A stretch of DNA of 64,000 nt from a virus. Under the pieces are notes generated by a model that worked only from the letters and a program-made list of their open reading frames with translations, made no database searches and had not been told where the DNA came from. The DNA lies in IMG/VR virus record IMGVR_UViG_3300037423_000600, positions 1-64,000 of that record, one strand, 5' to 3'. Positions 28,633 through 38,175 of the stretch are shown here, one piece after another. Position 1 is the stretch's first letter; each line of letters starts with the position of its first letter. The translations under genes and the position numbers were made by a program.

Positions 28633-29046
28633 ATGGACGCACAAACTTGGATTCAAACGACCGATGTAGCAATCTCCGGTATCATCGAAATGGCGAAGGA
28701 GTTTAACAGCCACTCGACATTCTGTTCCTCTTTAGGGGCGGAAGCTACGGCCCACGATACCGAAGATGCTTACGTGTACTACATCCTCACGGTCGCTAAA
28801 GGCGCATGGGGGAATGAGGCTAAGTTCATCGGGGTGGCAAGATTCCTAGGCATGGACTCGACCGACATGGACCTGCTGGAAGATTGGACGGAACTCGAAG
28901 CTATGGCCCATGATATTTGCGAACTGCTTACCGCGCAGGCGGCGGAGGAAGGTTTGACCGGACAATTCTATTTCGACCACAACGAGGCCGATGGCGACTA
29001 CGACCTTTTCTACAAGGAGGACAAAGAAGATGTTTCAACCAACTGA
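28633..29046 (+). CDS. Acidic hypothetical protein
   Basis: AAGGAGG RBS and a leader hairpin. Confidence 0.7.
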   Translation: MDAQTWIQTTDVAISGIIEMAKEFNSHSTFCSSLGAEATAHDTEDAYVYYILTVAKGAWGNEAKFIGVARFLGMDSTDMDLLEDWTELEAMAHDICELLTAQAAEEGLTGQFYFDHNEADGDYDLFYKEDKEDVSTN

Positions 29047-29593
29047 CCGCCGCATTTTTAAAGTTGAGGCTAAGGGCTCCGCTGTCGCGGAAGCCCTCCT
29101 CAAAGTGATTCCGGAAGGCATTCGGGCGGAGCAGGTCGTATTTGCCTGCGTGGGCACGGACCGTAGTACCGGGGACTCGCTCGGCCCGATGGTCGGCTCG
29201 GCTTTAGAACGTCTGGGCTACCGTGTCGTAGGTACGATGGAAAACACGATGAACGCCATGAACCTCAGAGAACGGATTGAGAACGAACTTCCCGGTGGGG
29301 CGTACGTTATTGCAATTGATGCCTGCTTGGGACTACTGACCTCCGTAGGTCTTGTTGGAGTGGGCGAAGGTCCGGGAAAGCCGGGCGGGGGTGTGGGGAA
29401 AGTGCTCCCTCCCGTAGGTGACTGTCATATCTACGGCATTGTAAACGTGGGCGGGTTCATGGAGTATTTCGTCCTCCAGAATACGCGGCTTTCGCTGGTT
29501 ATTTCGATGGCTAAAGGTATTGTGCGAGGCATCACGCAAGCCATCCCTTTAGCCGATTCCCAAGTGGCGGCGGCCACGGAGTATCTTCTCTAA
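29030..29593 (+). CDS. yyaC: Spore protease YyaC (GPR-like) homologue
   Basis: CVGTDRSTGDSLGP.VG, IAIDACLG, GIVNVGGFMEYFVLQNTRLSLV. Confidence 0.92.
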   Translation: MFQPTDRRIFKVEAKGSAVAEALLKVIPEGIRAEQVVFACVGTDRSTGDSLGPMVGSALERLGYRVVGTMENTMNAMNLRERIENELPGGAYVIAIDACLGLLTSVGLVGVGEGPGKPGGGVGKVLPPVGDCHIYGIVNVGGFMEYFVLQNTRLSLVISMAKGIVRGITQAIPLADSQVAAATEYLL

Positions 29594-29729
29594 GAAGAAA
29601 ATTCTTTGGAAATACCCCATCTATCGTTACCAAGTCCGGGGTATTCTTATATTAGGCCGGGCGGGGCCGGGGCGGAGGCCCTTTTCCCACCCCGAGCCCA
29701 CCAACTATATCGAAAGGTGATGAACAGAA

Positions 29730-30893
29730 ATGGCGAAAGGAAGCGGCAAGTCAACGAAAGGAACGCGCAATCGCGCACTGGAGGTTCTCGAAAACCTGAA
29801 AGATGGGGATACGGTAGTTCTCCTGCAAGACGACAATGGCGACATCAAAGGCGAGTCCTTGATGGAGATTTTGGCCTCGGAAGAAACGAAAGTGGTCCGG
29901 GCGGACGCAAAGCCCAACGATGTTCTGAAAGGCATTTCGGATATTTTGTCGGGCCAGCGGTCCGGAAAGGAAGTTCTCGATGACCTTCTTGTTAACTCGC
30001 AAGTCGATGAAATTGCTTCGGTCGTGGCCGAATCCTCCGAAGGAAAAGACGAAACCCCGGTGGAAAACCCTGAGTCCCAAGAAACAACGGGCGATGCGCC
30101 TCAAGAGTCGGAACCGGAAGCCGCGAGTATAAAGGACCCGCTGGCGGAATTGCTTGGCGAGGGTATGGTATCGGCTTTAGATGCGGCCTTTGACCCGGCG
30201 GCGGCAGGCCCGACAGCAGGCGGCAAGTCGGTTGAAGATATCATGGCGGAACTCGGACTCAACGTAGTCGGCGGTGACCCCGCTGAAATCAACCTCCCGC
30301 CCCGGCAAGAGGCGGCTCCGAAAGCTACGGCGGCCCCGAAACAACCTAAGGCCCCGAAAGCCAAGTCCGAGAAGAAGGAATCGTCGTCGGCTCCGAGCTT
30401 GAGAATCCCCATCGACGCTCCTATCCCGGCGGTGGAGTATCGCGGTCATAAAATCGGTGTATTTGGTAACCTCCTTGAAGAACTGGAAGCCCCTGATGCA
30501 AACGGCTATAAGTATGCGGAACTGAAACTCGAACGGTTCAATGCGACGGCGCATGAATCCTTTAGAAATAAGAACGGCCGGATGGTGCTTTTGTACCCTC
30601 AAGGCGGCGGCGTTTATCTGGTGGCGGCGGAACTTCCCGATGGGACTAAAGAGCCCGTCATCGAGGTAACCAATCGCGGGCGTGGATGCCTCCGGTGCCG
30701 ACAACTGGCGACCCGGTTCATGATGGCCTACACCGAGAAGAAGGATGAAGTAATGATTCAACCGACCGAGTATGCGGAACTCAAAGCCAAGGTGAACGCT
30801 ATCCTGGTGGCTCCCGTAGCGGCTCCAGCCCCGAAAGAGGAACCGAAGGCGGAGGGCATCGAACAAGAAACCAAGGAGGAGGTTACCGCCTAA
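29730..30893 (+). CDS. Hypothetical protein with low-complexity acidic/Ala-Pro-Lys linkers
   Basis: 387-aa ORF with its own promoter and leader hairpin. Confidence 0.75.
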   Translation: MAKGSGKSTKGTRNRALEVLENLKDGDTVVLLQDDNGDIKGESLMEILASEETKVVRADAKPNDVLKGISDILSGQRSGKEVLDDLLVNSQVDEIASVVAESSEGKDETPVENPESQETTGDAPQESEPEAASIKDPLAELLGEGMVSALDAAFDPAAAGPTAGGKSVEDIMAELGLNVVGGDPAEINLPPRQEAAPKATAAPKQPKAPKAKSEKKESSSAPSLRIPIDAPIPAVEYRGHKIGVFGNLLEELEAPDANGYKYAELKLERFNATAHESFRNKNGRMVLLYPQGGGVYLVAAELPDGTKEPVIEVTNRGRGCLRCRQLATRFMMAYTEKKDEVMIQPTEYAELKAKVNAILVAPVAAPAPKEEPKAEGIEQETKEEVTA

Positions 30894-30925
30894 CGGCGGG
30901 ACCTCCCTCGAAAGGGGTATCCACC

Positions 30926-31174
30926 ATGGCTATGACGTTAGACCAATCGGTTACGTGCATCGCTTTAGCCCAAGGCATCGGCCAATTTGAGTACCACACG
31001 GGCCACGACTACATGCACACCCGTATGCTGAACATTGTCGCCCGGATTCTCGCGGGTGAGTTCAATACCGTAGAAGATGTGGGTTGCGCTATCGCGGACC
31101 AGTATCTTGAACATATCGACAGGCATTACAAGCCGGATGAGGAGAGTCAAAGTGAGCCTCCTAGACTTCTTTAA
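30926..31174 (+). CDS. Hypothetical protein
   Basis: AAAGGGG RBS. Confidence 0.55.
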   Translation: MAMTLDQSVTCIALAQGIGQFEYHTGHDYMHTRMLNIVARILAGEFNTVEDVGCAIADQYLEHIDRHYKPDEESQSEPPRLL

Positions 31175-31275
31175 GATTGCCGGGTGGCAGGGGACGGCTT
31201 GCGTCCTCTTCCTCCTTGGTACTGCCGCATGGTCGGCCTACAAGTTTATCACTACCCCGTGGGAGGGCGAGAACG

Positions 31276-31581
31276 ATGGCAACCGTTAAAGATGTTCTTC
31301 TGAAAGAAATCCCGATGCACGGCAAGATTGTCGTGGTCGAAGTCTCTTATAGTCTAGGCGGCATGAACTACTTCACGTACAAAACGGAAAAGCGCGGGTA
31401 TTACCTGCACGTTCGGCCGGAGGAACGCGGGAACGGTATTAGAAAGTTTACCGCCTTTTCTGGGGTCAAGAAGCTTATGTTGGAAGTCTCCCGGCAATCC
31501 CCGAAGAAGTTGCAAGAAGCGGTGGATTTGGTCACGCCGGAACTGATTGACGCGATGATTGCTCAATGCAAATTTGACTAA
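31276..31581 (+). CDS. Hypothetical protein
   Basis: GGGAGG RBS; ATG 31276. Confidence 0.65.
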   Translation: MATVKDVLLKEIPMHGKIVVVEVSYSLGGMNYFTYKTEKRGYYLHVRPEERGNGIRKFTAFSGVKKLMLEVSRQSPKKLQEAVDLVTPELIDAMIAQCKFD

Positions 31582-31600
31582 TCGAGAGGGGAAATTGAAT

Positions 31601-31855
31601 ATGGCTAAAAGTGCAAAGTATTGGGAAACGGAGCAACCTCGGGTGTTGTCCACGGAGAAAAACGAAATTCGCTTCTACCCGGAAAACGGCAAGATTCAAG
31701 TATTCCCGAAGGTATCCAACGCGCCCCGTGGCGTAGGCAAAGGCGCCACCATCGACCTCGACAGCATGACCGTGGATGAACTTCGACAACTCGGCGCGGC
31801 GGTCGCGGAGGCAATAAAATTGCAATTAGATACCACTCCCGCGAACGTATCCTAA
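31601..31855 (+). CDS. Small protein, possibly PC4/YdbC-like ssDNA-binding
   Basis: Beta-rich segment then GKGATIDL...DEL helix; weak resemblance only. Confidence 0.45.
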   Translation: MAKSAKYWETEQPRVLSTEKNEIRFYPENGKIQVFPKVSNAPRGVGKGATIDLDSMTVDELRQLGAAVAEAIKLQLDTTPANVS

Positions 31856-31897
31856 TCCGTAAAACGTGTTATAATACCTATAAGGAGGCGACGACAA

Positions 31898-32266
31898 GTG
31901 GAAACAGGTCGTATTTTGACATTCGGTGAGGCTTTTGCTAACTACGAGCAAGGGAACACCGTCATATCTTTAGTCACACAGAATAGGTACTACCGAAAAA
32001 ACGGTGAGAAACCTTCATATTTCTTCTCCGAGCATGAAATTCGAGGCGATTGGATGCTGGTGGATAACAAAGCGGAAGTCCCTTGGATTACGCTAGTCGA
32101 AGATAAGGTTCACCCGGCTACGATAAGCGGTCGGGTGGTCGATATCGAGGCGGTGGAGTATATCAGTGAGGTTGAGGGCATCACTGAGTATTTCGAGTCC
32201 TATGAGGATGCGCTTCGGGATTACGTCAAACGTCTTTCCCGGTTTTACCTGCAACATCAGAAGTAA
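31898..32266 (+). CDS. Hypothetical protein
   Basis: TGTTATAAT promoter and AAGGAGG RBS upstream of GTG. Confidence 0.65.
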   Translation: METGRILTFGEAFANYEQGNTVISLVTQNRYYRKNGEKPSYFFSEHEIRGDWMLVDNKAEVPWITLVEDKVHPATISGRVVDIEAVEYISEVEGITEYFESYEDALRDYVKRLSRFYLQHQK

Positions 32267-32273
32267 GCAATAA

Positions 32274-32405
32274 GGTGGCCTCGTTCGAGGCCCACCGGAG
32301 GACCCTGAGTACCATATCGGTTGTCTGCGGCCACCATTCCCAGACACGGTAGATTTGCTACCGACCTCCAAGGCCGAATATGGGTTCCCGACTCAGGGGC
32401 CTCCG
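32274..32405 (+). ncRNA. Candidate multibranched structured RNA
   Basis: Outer stem CGGAGG.CCCTGAGT/ACTCAGGG.CCTCCG, CCATAT/ATATGG, inner hairpins TGTCTG/CAGACA and CGGTAG/CTACCG, preceded by a GGTGG.CCTCG/CGAGG.CCACC hairpin. Confidence 0.55.
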
Positions 32406-32444
32406 AAGGGTCTTGAACCCCAAGAAAGGAGGGTTGTCGGCAAG

Positions 32445-32672
32445 ATGACAAGGTACGACACCCGGCTCCATGAAGAATACCGCAACAAGAACGGCCACAT
32501 CCGAGTTTGTGGCCGGACGGGGAAGTATCTTATCTATTTGCACCCTATTGGCGGCGAAGTTCAGCAGATTGGGGACTTCGGCAGTAAGGGCGCGGCGGTG
32601 AAGATAGCTAAAGAGTTAGCAGTTCGTAATAGGCTGGCCTTTAGCCCCCAAGAAAACGTGTACTACCACTAA
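32445..32672 (+). CDS. Hypothetical protein
   Basis: AAGGAGG upstream. Confidence 0.55.
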   Translation: MTRYDTRLHEEYRNKNGHIRVCGRTGKYLIYLHPIGGEVQQIGDFGSKGAAVKIAKELAVRNRLAFSPQENVYYH

Positions 32673-32785
32673 GATTACATAAGGAGGTATCCGGTACGAT
32701 ACAAATTCTTTATCTCTAGTTGCCCTCCCGGGCCTATACTTATTACATGGGCCCGGGATGGCCCACCACACAGGAGGGATGAAGA

Positions 32786-33280
32786 ATGGTAATGAAATCG
32801 ACACCTACGCCGCCCACGACAGGGCAGGTAATCCAGCGGGTTGAAAATCGGGTACTTCTTGAACAGGTTGCTTGGCAACTCAACCGCGTACCCAACGTCA
32901 AATTCTTGTTGGTTTGGAACTTCAAATCGCCGGAGGACATCCGGACCTCGTTCACCAAGTATCGTCAGGGTGGCGGCCGGGAGGTTTTAGCGGTATTCAA
33001 ATCCGAGGTTTTTGAGGGGTATTCGGTCCTTGCGATTCAAGGCACCCCCAATTTCATGATGTTGCCTTCGCTTGGGTTCAATCCGGTGCGGCGGGATAAG
33101 GCCAACTGGAGGCCCCGCGTATGGCAATACTCGGACGAGGACGCGAAGGGATGGGGCGGCGGGCACGAAGGCCGGAACTACCGCAATTATGAAGTCGCGG
33201 ATAACTTCCGCTGGATGCCTTTCGACCAACTTATTGAGTTCATCCGGAAGGACTTCGAGATTTCGCTGATTTACAAGTGA
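32786..33280 (+). CDS. Hypothetical protein
   Basis: TATACT box, leader hairpin, AGGAGG RBS. Confidence 0.7.
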   Translation: MVMKSTPTPPTTGQVIQRVENRVLLEQVAWQLNRVPNVKFLLVWNFKSPEDIRTSFTKYRQGGGREVLAVFKSEVFEGYSVLAIQGTPNFMMLPSLGFNPVRRDKANWRPRVWQYSDEDAKGWGGGHEGRNYRNYEVADNFRWMPFDQLIEFIRKDFEISLIYK

Positions 33281-33340
33281 TTTTGCGGGCCCGGGGCGGC
33301 CCTACCGCCCCTCAAAATACATTCCTTGGAGGGAATCGAA

Positions 33341-33796
33341 ATGGAAAACGCTAAGACTATTGAAATCATCAACCAGCTTCGCCTCAACGTAGAAGCCCGT
33401 AAGCCACTGACTGTCACGCTGGCAAACGGGTTCTCGTTCCAAATCTCCGGCATCATCGGTACGATGGCCGACCTCGGCGGGCAGAAAGATTGCAACCTGA
33501 CCACCATCGTAGGCAACTTTAGTCCTACGGCATTGATGCAAGCCAATGACCAAATCATAGAGGCCGTACATAAGAGCCTTGAACAATTCGCTAAAACGAA
33601 TCCAGCGGCCGTCATCAGCGCAACGCTTGGCTTCATGCTCCGCAAGGCGGAGGAAGAAATGAGCCCTGAGGACCTGCTCTCCACACATCTTGCGTCTCAA
33701 ATGTCAACGAGCGGGAAGCCGAAAGGCATGGCCGACTTCGCCAAAATCGTCGCTCAAATGATGCAAGATGACGAGCCCGGCCGGAAGGCATACTAA
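33341..33796 (+). CDS. Hypothetical protein
   Basis: TTGGAGG RBS; followed by hairpin GGGTGGGGA..TCCCCACCC. Confidence 0.7.
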   Translation: MENAKTIEIINQLRLNVEARKPLTVTLANGFSFQISGIIGTMADLGGQKDCNLTTIVGNFSPTALMQANDQIIEAVHKSLEQFAKTNPAAVISATLGFMLRKAEEEMSPEDLLSTHLASQMSTSGKPKGMADFAKIVAQMMQDDEPGRKAY

Positions 33797-33867
33797 TCTT
33801 GTGGGTGGGGATTTTGTCCCCACCCTTCCTAATCGCTAATCTTATACCAGCCTAAGGAGGCCGACCA

Positions 33868-34290
33868 ATGAACTACTCTAAAAGCAACGAGACTCCAGAT
33901 ATCCCAGACTTCAATCCCGCCCGGCGGGTTCACGTAACGACGAAATGCTTCCGAGCCAACCTAACTGACCCGAAGGAAACGCTGGAATCCTTTGATGCTT
34001 TCCTCGGTATGGGCATCGTTCGTACCAATGTGGGTGACCCGGCGGAGGGATTCGTAAGCTGTAATTCCCTTAACGGAGCCTTTAATACAAATGAAGTCGC
34101 TACGGCTTTAGGTTCCATGTTGGCCGCTGTAGTGTCGGGAACGAAGGATAAGCATAATCTCAACATCGAGCAGGTGTACGACTTGATTGGAGAAATGGCG
34201 GAACGCATCTTGTACACGGCGGCGGAGTATCACGGTATTGATATGGCGGCCATTGAGCGGGAAATTGAAGAGGAGGGTAATGCCCAATGA
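33868..34290 (+). CDS. Hypothetical protein
   Basis: AAGGAGG RBS. Confidence 0.7.
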   Translation: MNYSKSNETPDIPDFNPARRVHVTTKCFRANLTDPKETLESFDAFLGMGIVRTNVGDPAEGFVSCNSLNGAFNTNEVATALGSMLAAVVSGTKDKHNLNIEQVYDLIGEMAERILYTAAEYHGIDMAAIEREIEEEGNAQ

Positions 34291-34691
34291 TTACAGTTAA
34301 CCCAAACGTATTGCTGGAAGTGGCGGAAGAGATTGAACAGGACGAGTATTACTCTGGTGCATCATGGTGGTTTCCAGAAAGACAGTGTGGCTGTGCCATG
34401 GTCCGGGTACTGTGCAAGACGACGGAGTTTGAAGCACGAGACAATACTTTCGGGTTTAGAGTCGAAGGATTTGCGGGCGGGCAATTTGTCATCGGCGGGG
34501 ATGTTGAACGTGCGGTAGCTTACGTAACAGGAGTACCCGATAAGATATGGGACAGCTTTAGAGGTTTCACCTTATACGCGGATAGATTCCAAACGGCAAG
34601 GGCTTTGAGAGAGATTGCCCAGACCGGGGAATTTACTTGGGACCCCAAAACCCGAGAAGAATATAATGCAAGATTTGAACTCAACTTGTGA
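34287..34691 (+). CDS. Hypothetical protein, paralogue A
   Basis: Shares LLEVA.EIE, YSGA.WW.P..QCGCA.VR and RF.TA.ALR.I..TG.F with the next gene. Confidence 0.75.
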   Translation: MITVNPNVLLEVAEEIEQDEYYSGASWWFPERQCGCAMVRVLCKTTEFEARDNTFGFRVEGFAGGQFVIGGDVERAVAYVTGVPDKIWDSFRGFTLYADRFQTARALREIAQTGEFTWDPKTREEYNARFELNL

Positions 34692-34706
34692 GGAGGGAAG
34701 CGAATA

Positions 34707-35120
34707 ATGATTATCGCGAATCGGGATATACTCTTAGAAGTGGCGGCGGAGATTGAAGCGTACGTGAACTACTCCGGAGCAGATTGGTGGTGTCCGGATA
34801 CCCAGTGTGGCTGTGCTATTGTCCGAACTCTCGGCAAGGTTACCGAATTAAAACAAAGTCCTCGGCATCAGCGTTCGGTGGTATTCGACATCAAAGATGA
34901 CGCGGGGCACCGCATAGTGGACCCCGTCTACGCTGTGGCTTTAGTGACAGGGCTATCCGATATAGTATGGAATGAGTTTTGTACCTTCTCCCTAGATGCA
35001 AATCGATTCGAGACGGCGGCGGCCCTGAGATATATACACCGTACCGGAGACTTTGATACCCACGAGTTCTGGAAAGAGTATAACCAGAACAATCCGGCGG
35101 GCGGGGAGGAGAACCAATGA
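34707..35120 (+). CDS. Hypothetical protein, paralogue B
   Basis: Same shared motifs as 34287..34691. Confidence 0.75.
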   Translation: MIIANRDILLEVAAEIEAYVNYSGADWWCPDTQCGCAIVRTLGKVTELKQSPRHQRSVVFDIKDDAGHRIVDPVYAVALVTGLSDIVWNEFCTFSLDANRFETAAALRYIHRTGDFDTHEFWKEYNQNNPAGGEENQ

Positions 35121-35419
35121 GAACCTACTCCGTTATCCTTAAGAGTGGAGTCAGTCTACACGGACTGATTCCCTCCAACCGGACTAAATCTCTCGTCGGC
35201 TTGTGGATATGGGCCATGAAGAACCGCTACGGCGGGAAGTCCTCGGTGGTTTTAGACTTCCGGCAAACCAAGATCGCGGCGGAAGAGGTCGCTGTAATTA
35301 CCGAGGAAGGTATCGACGATACATACGACGAATTGGGCGGCGGGGACGATAACGAATGTCCCGATTGCGGTACCCGTACAGGACACCACCATAACGGATG
35401 CTCTCAGACCCTCGAGTAA
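35117..35419 (+). CDS. Hypothetical protein with C-terminal CPDC..H..C motif
   Basis: GGAGGAG RBS; ATGA overlap. Confidence 0.6.
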   Translation: MRTYSVILKSGVSLHGLIPSNRTKSLVGLWIWAMKNRYGGKSSVVLDFRQTKIAAEEVAVITEEGIDDTYDELGGGDDNECPDCGTRTGHHHNGCSQTLE

Positions 35420-35802
35420 CACGAAAGGTATTAAAAGATACCTTTTATTATATAAAAGCGGAAGTCTCCGGCTAAAACAGCTTGGGATTTCCGCTTTTTT
35501 CGTATCTACCCCAAAATAAGCCCCGAACTCGAAAAAAGCCTTATATATCAAGGGTTTTCGCCATTTCCACCGACCCACCCGGGCGGGCGGGAGGCGAAGC
35601 CGAAACCCTCAGTTCGGTTAACAGTAAGAAAGACACTGAATATAAGATAAACCCTTATAGAACAAGGACTTCCGCTCACCCACCCCGCCACACCTTTAGA
35701 CCTTTTAACTATTATAAGCATAGAAACCCTCCCTCTATGCATAGCGACACATGTATACAAGCCCCGATTTTTGTTCCCAACCGCCTCATTTGCTAATCAT
35801 TT

Positions 35803-35935
35803 TGCTAGCAAGGACCCAAGTTGCTAGCAGATTTGTTAACAAACGGGCTGTTAACATGCTTTAGTTGTTAACAAATGCCCTTGAAAGTTGTTAACAAGTC
35901 TGGTATTTTGTTAACAAGACACGAATTTGTTAACA
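35803..35935. promoter_or_regulatory. Palindromic operator array (6x TGTTAACA, 2x TGCTAGCA) overlapping a sigmaA-type promoter
   Basis: TGTTAACA at 35834, 35849, 35866, 35889, 35909, 35928; TGCTAGCA at 35803, 35822; TTGAAA(35881)-17 bp-TATTTT(35904) with TG extension. Confidence 0.85.
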
Positions 35936-35949
35936 AAGGGGTTTTGTAT

Positions 35950-36288
35950 ATGAGCAAGAAACAGTTGGGTTCACGTATTCCGATGGAGTTATTTGATGAC
36001 TTGATGGCAAAGGCCGAGTCTTTGAACATGAGTCAGCAGGAAGCAACCGAGGCCGCCCTCCGGTTGTGGGTGTACGGAGAATTAGTTACGACTCCGATGA
36101 CCGAACAAGTCACGACTTCGCCTGCCGAGCCCGAGGAGGAAGAATATATTCTTCGCGGGGACCGGGCCAAGATGCGGAATCGGGACACCGAACAAGTTCA
36201 GATTCCGCACCCTGAATCTCTTCGAGGTAAGTATATAGCGGACAAGACCCGGAGGGGCCTGACCATAGATACGGTACTCAAAGATTAA
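35950..36288 (+). CDS. Ribbon-helix-helix DNA-binding protein
   Basis: KKQLGSRIPMELFDDLMAKAESLNMSQQEATEAALRLWV fits the strand-helix-helix pattern. Confidence 0.75.
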   Translation: MSKKQLGSRIPMELFDDLMAKAESLNMSQQEATEAALRLWVYGELVTTPMTEQVTTSPAEPEEEEYILRGDRAKMRNRDTEQVQIPHPESLRGKYIADKTRRGLTIDTVLKD

Positions 36289-36382
36289 AATTCCTTAACT
36301 CATGCACCCACCTGCGGGCCTATACTATAATTAGGTGGTCGGGCGGGAACCCCTACCACACTATCCCGTTGGAGGTTATGAT

Positions 36383-36961
36383 ATGAAAACCCATGATTGG
36401 AAAGCCCCGTTCGCCACGCCGGAACAAATCGCCGGAACTAAATTCGAGTCGGTGTATGACATCGCTACGGCCCGGAACGATGAATTGACCGGGTACATCC
36501 ACAAGCCTGTTCAGGTACACGCGACCAACGGTTCGCGGTCCATCCTCTTTGAAGCTTCCGCTACCCGGTATAACCTCATCGTGATTCCGAGCCCGGACGG
36601 GAACCTGCTGGTGATGGATGGCGAAGGACGTTGGATTCACCCCATCCGCCGACACCACACCTTTAGCCTCGACCAACTGGAAAACGCGGTGGCGGACCTG
36701 ATGGGGAATCCGAAAGTCAGCTATCTCGACGCAGTACATATTATGAATGCGGTCTACTTCCTCCTGACTTCGACCATCTGGGCCATCACGTTCAAGAACG
36801 TGGATTTCCAACTAGACGATGACGGCCATCCCTACTCGACGGTTGAGGTTCAGAAATATTGTTTGGCCGGAACGCATGAAGATGTCTACGAGGATATGCT
36901 GTCGGTATGCGAGGACGGCGGGCAGGGATACGAATATGAGGAAGTCCCTTTAGAATGGTAA
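36383..36961 (+). CDS. Hypothetical early protein
   Basis: TATACTATAAT, leader hairpin, TTGGAGG RBS, downstream terminator. Confidence 0.7.
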   Translation: MKTHDWKAPFATPEQIAGTKFESVYDIATARNDELTGYIHKPVQVHATNGSRSILFEASATRYNLIVIPSPDGNLLVMDGEGRWIHPIRRHHTFSLDQLENAVADLMGNPKVSYLDAVHIMNAVYFLLTSTIWAITFKNVDFQLDDDGHPYSTVEVQKYCLAGTHEDVYEDMLSVCEDGGQGYEYEEVPLEW

Positions 36962-37179
36962 TCCCGCTCCGGCGGGTTTTGTCTCCAAGAAGGGGTGGGG
37001 TTGTATCAATCCTGCCCCTTCTTTTTGTCCCCTCAAATTTACGTCTTGTATCTGCCCTAGCCCACCGATTTTTTGTCTCCCCTGAGAGCGTCCTAGTATC
37101 AATTATATGTATCGTTCTCCGTCTCAACGAATAAAAATCGATTTAAACGGCTCTGAGAAGCCGAAAACGTGTTCGTATT

Positions 37180-37276
37180 AAGTACAGAATCCGCCCTTGT
37201 CCACTGGAGATGGACAGAATAAGTACAGAATCCGCCTTTTGTCCTTCTGGAGTGGACAGAACAAGTACAGAATCCG
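37180..37276 (+). repeat. Tandem repeat, 41-42-bp period, about 2.3 copies
   Basis: AAGTACAGAATCCG at 37180, 37221, 37263; the two full units carry a TGTCC...GGACA hairpin. Confidence 0.9.
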
Positions 37277-37373
37277 ATTTAAGTTCTTTTCCAGAGGACA
37301 ACACAAGAAGAACGAAGGGGTCTATAATAAAAGGACCGGGCGGGAACCCGGAAACAAATTGGAGGCGGTTCAG

Positions 37374-37628
37374 ATGAAAGAATTGATTACTAATTTTGAT
37401 GCAGGTTTGGTACATCCTTTGCGGGATGGGCGGGCTCCGGTTATTGACTTGGGTTCGCAGGGAACATGGAAGCTGACGAAGGTAGCGCATTTTCGATGCA
37501 CCCGATGCGGAAAAGTGTATCTCAACTGCCAAGATTATCGCCTGTATCTTTCCCCTTACGATGTCGTGGACGCGCCCTATCGGTCGGAGGGTCTTTGCAA
37601 CAAGTGTATTGATTGGTTGCATGATTGA
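37374..37628 (+). CDS. Small Zn-finger early protein
   Basis: CTRC...CNKC; own TATAAT, leader hairpin, RBS and terminator. Confidence 0.65.
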   Translation: MKELITNFDAGLVHPLRDGRAPVIDLGSQGTWKLTKVAHFRCTRCGKVYLNCQDYRLYLSPYDVVDAPYRSEGLCNKCIDWLHD

Positions 37629-37785
37629 GGGGTGGGGCTCCGGCCCCGCTTTTTATTTTCGGCGGGCGGGCACGAACACGTCACGATTCCGTTTCCTCAA
37701 ACAACAGGGTCTTAAGAATCCCTTTAGGCTTTATACTATAAATAGGCCCAAGGGAAAGGGCACTAAAACATTGGAGGTTTTACAT

Positions 37786-38022
37786 ATGAATTTGTCACTG
37801 GTGGTTCAACATTTGGTAGCACAAGAGAAGGCCAACGGCTCCGATATGGCGGCGGAGGCTTTAGGGAAATTGCTTGAGGAAACTTCGATTGTCTATTACG
37901 AGTACATGACCGAAGAAGAAATCGCCCAATACATTTTTGATGTCTACTTCGATGACCGCATCACTCATTTGCAGAATGGACTTAGCCGGACGGCGGGCGA
38001 GGTTACGATTGTCAGAAACTAA
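37786..38022 (+). CDS. Small acidic early protein
   Basis: TATACT, leader hairpin, TTGGAGG; terminator GCGGGGC-TTCG-GCTCCGC-TTTT. Confidence 0.65.
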   Translation: MNLSLVVQHLVAQEKANGSDMAAEALGKLLEETSIVYYEYMTEEEIAQYIFDVYFDDRITHLQNGLSRTAGEVTIVRN

Positions 38023-38175
38023 CGGCAGGCGGGGCTTCGGCTCCGCTTTTGCTTTACCCTAAACGGCAAGAGTAAGTAACGAACTCGCCCCAAGTTGTTT
38101 ACTCAAGTTGTCGGGCGGGGTCTATAATATAACTATAAGGGGTTCGGGACTCCTTAAACTTATTATTTTGGAGGA

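Noticed and set aside
37180-37300. Possible mini-CRISPR array
   Set aside because: The constant part is only 14 bp, the intervening segments resemble each other rather than being unique spacers, and there is no cas operon. The Cas4-like gene is a typical stand-alone phage nuclease.
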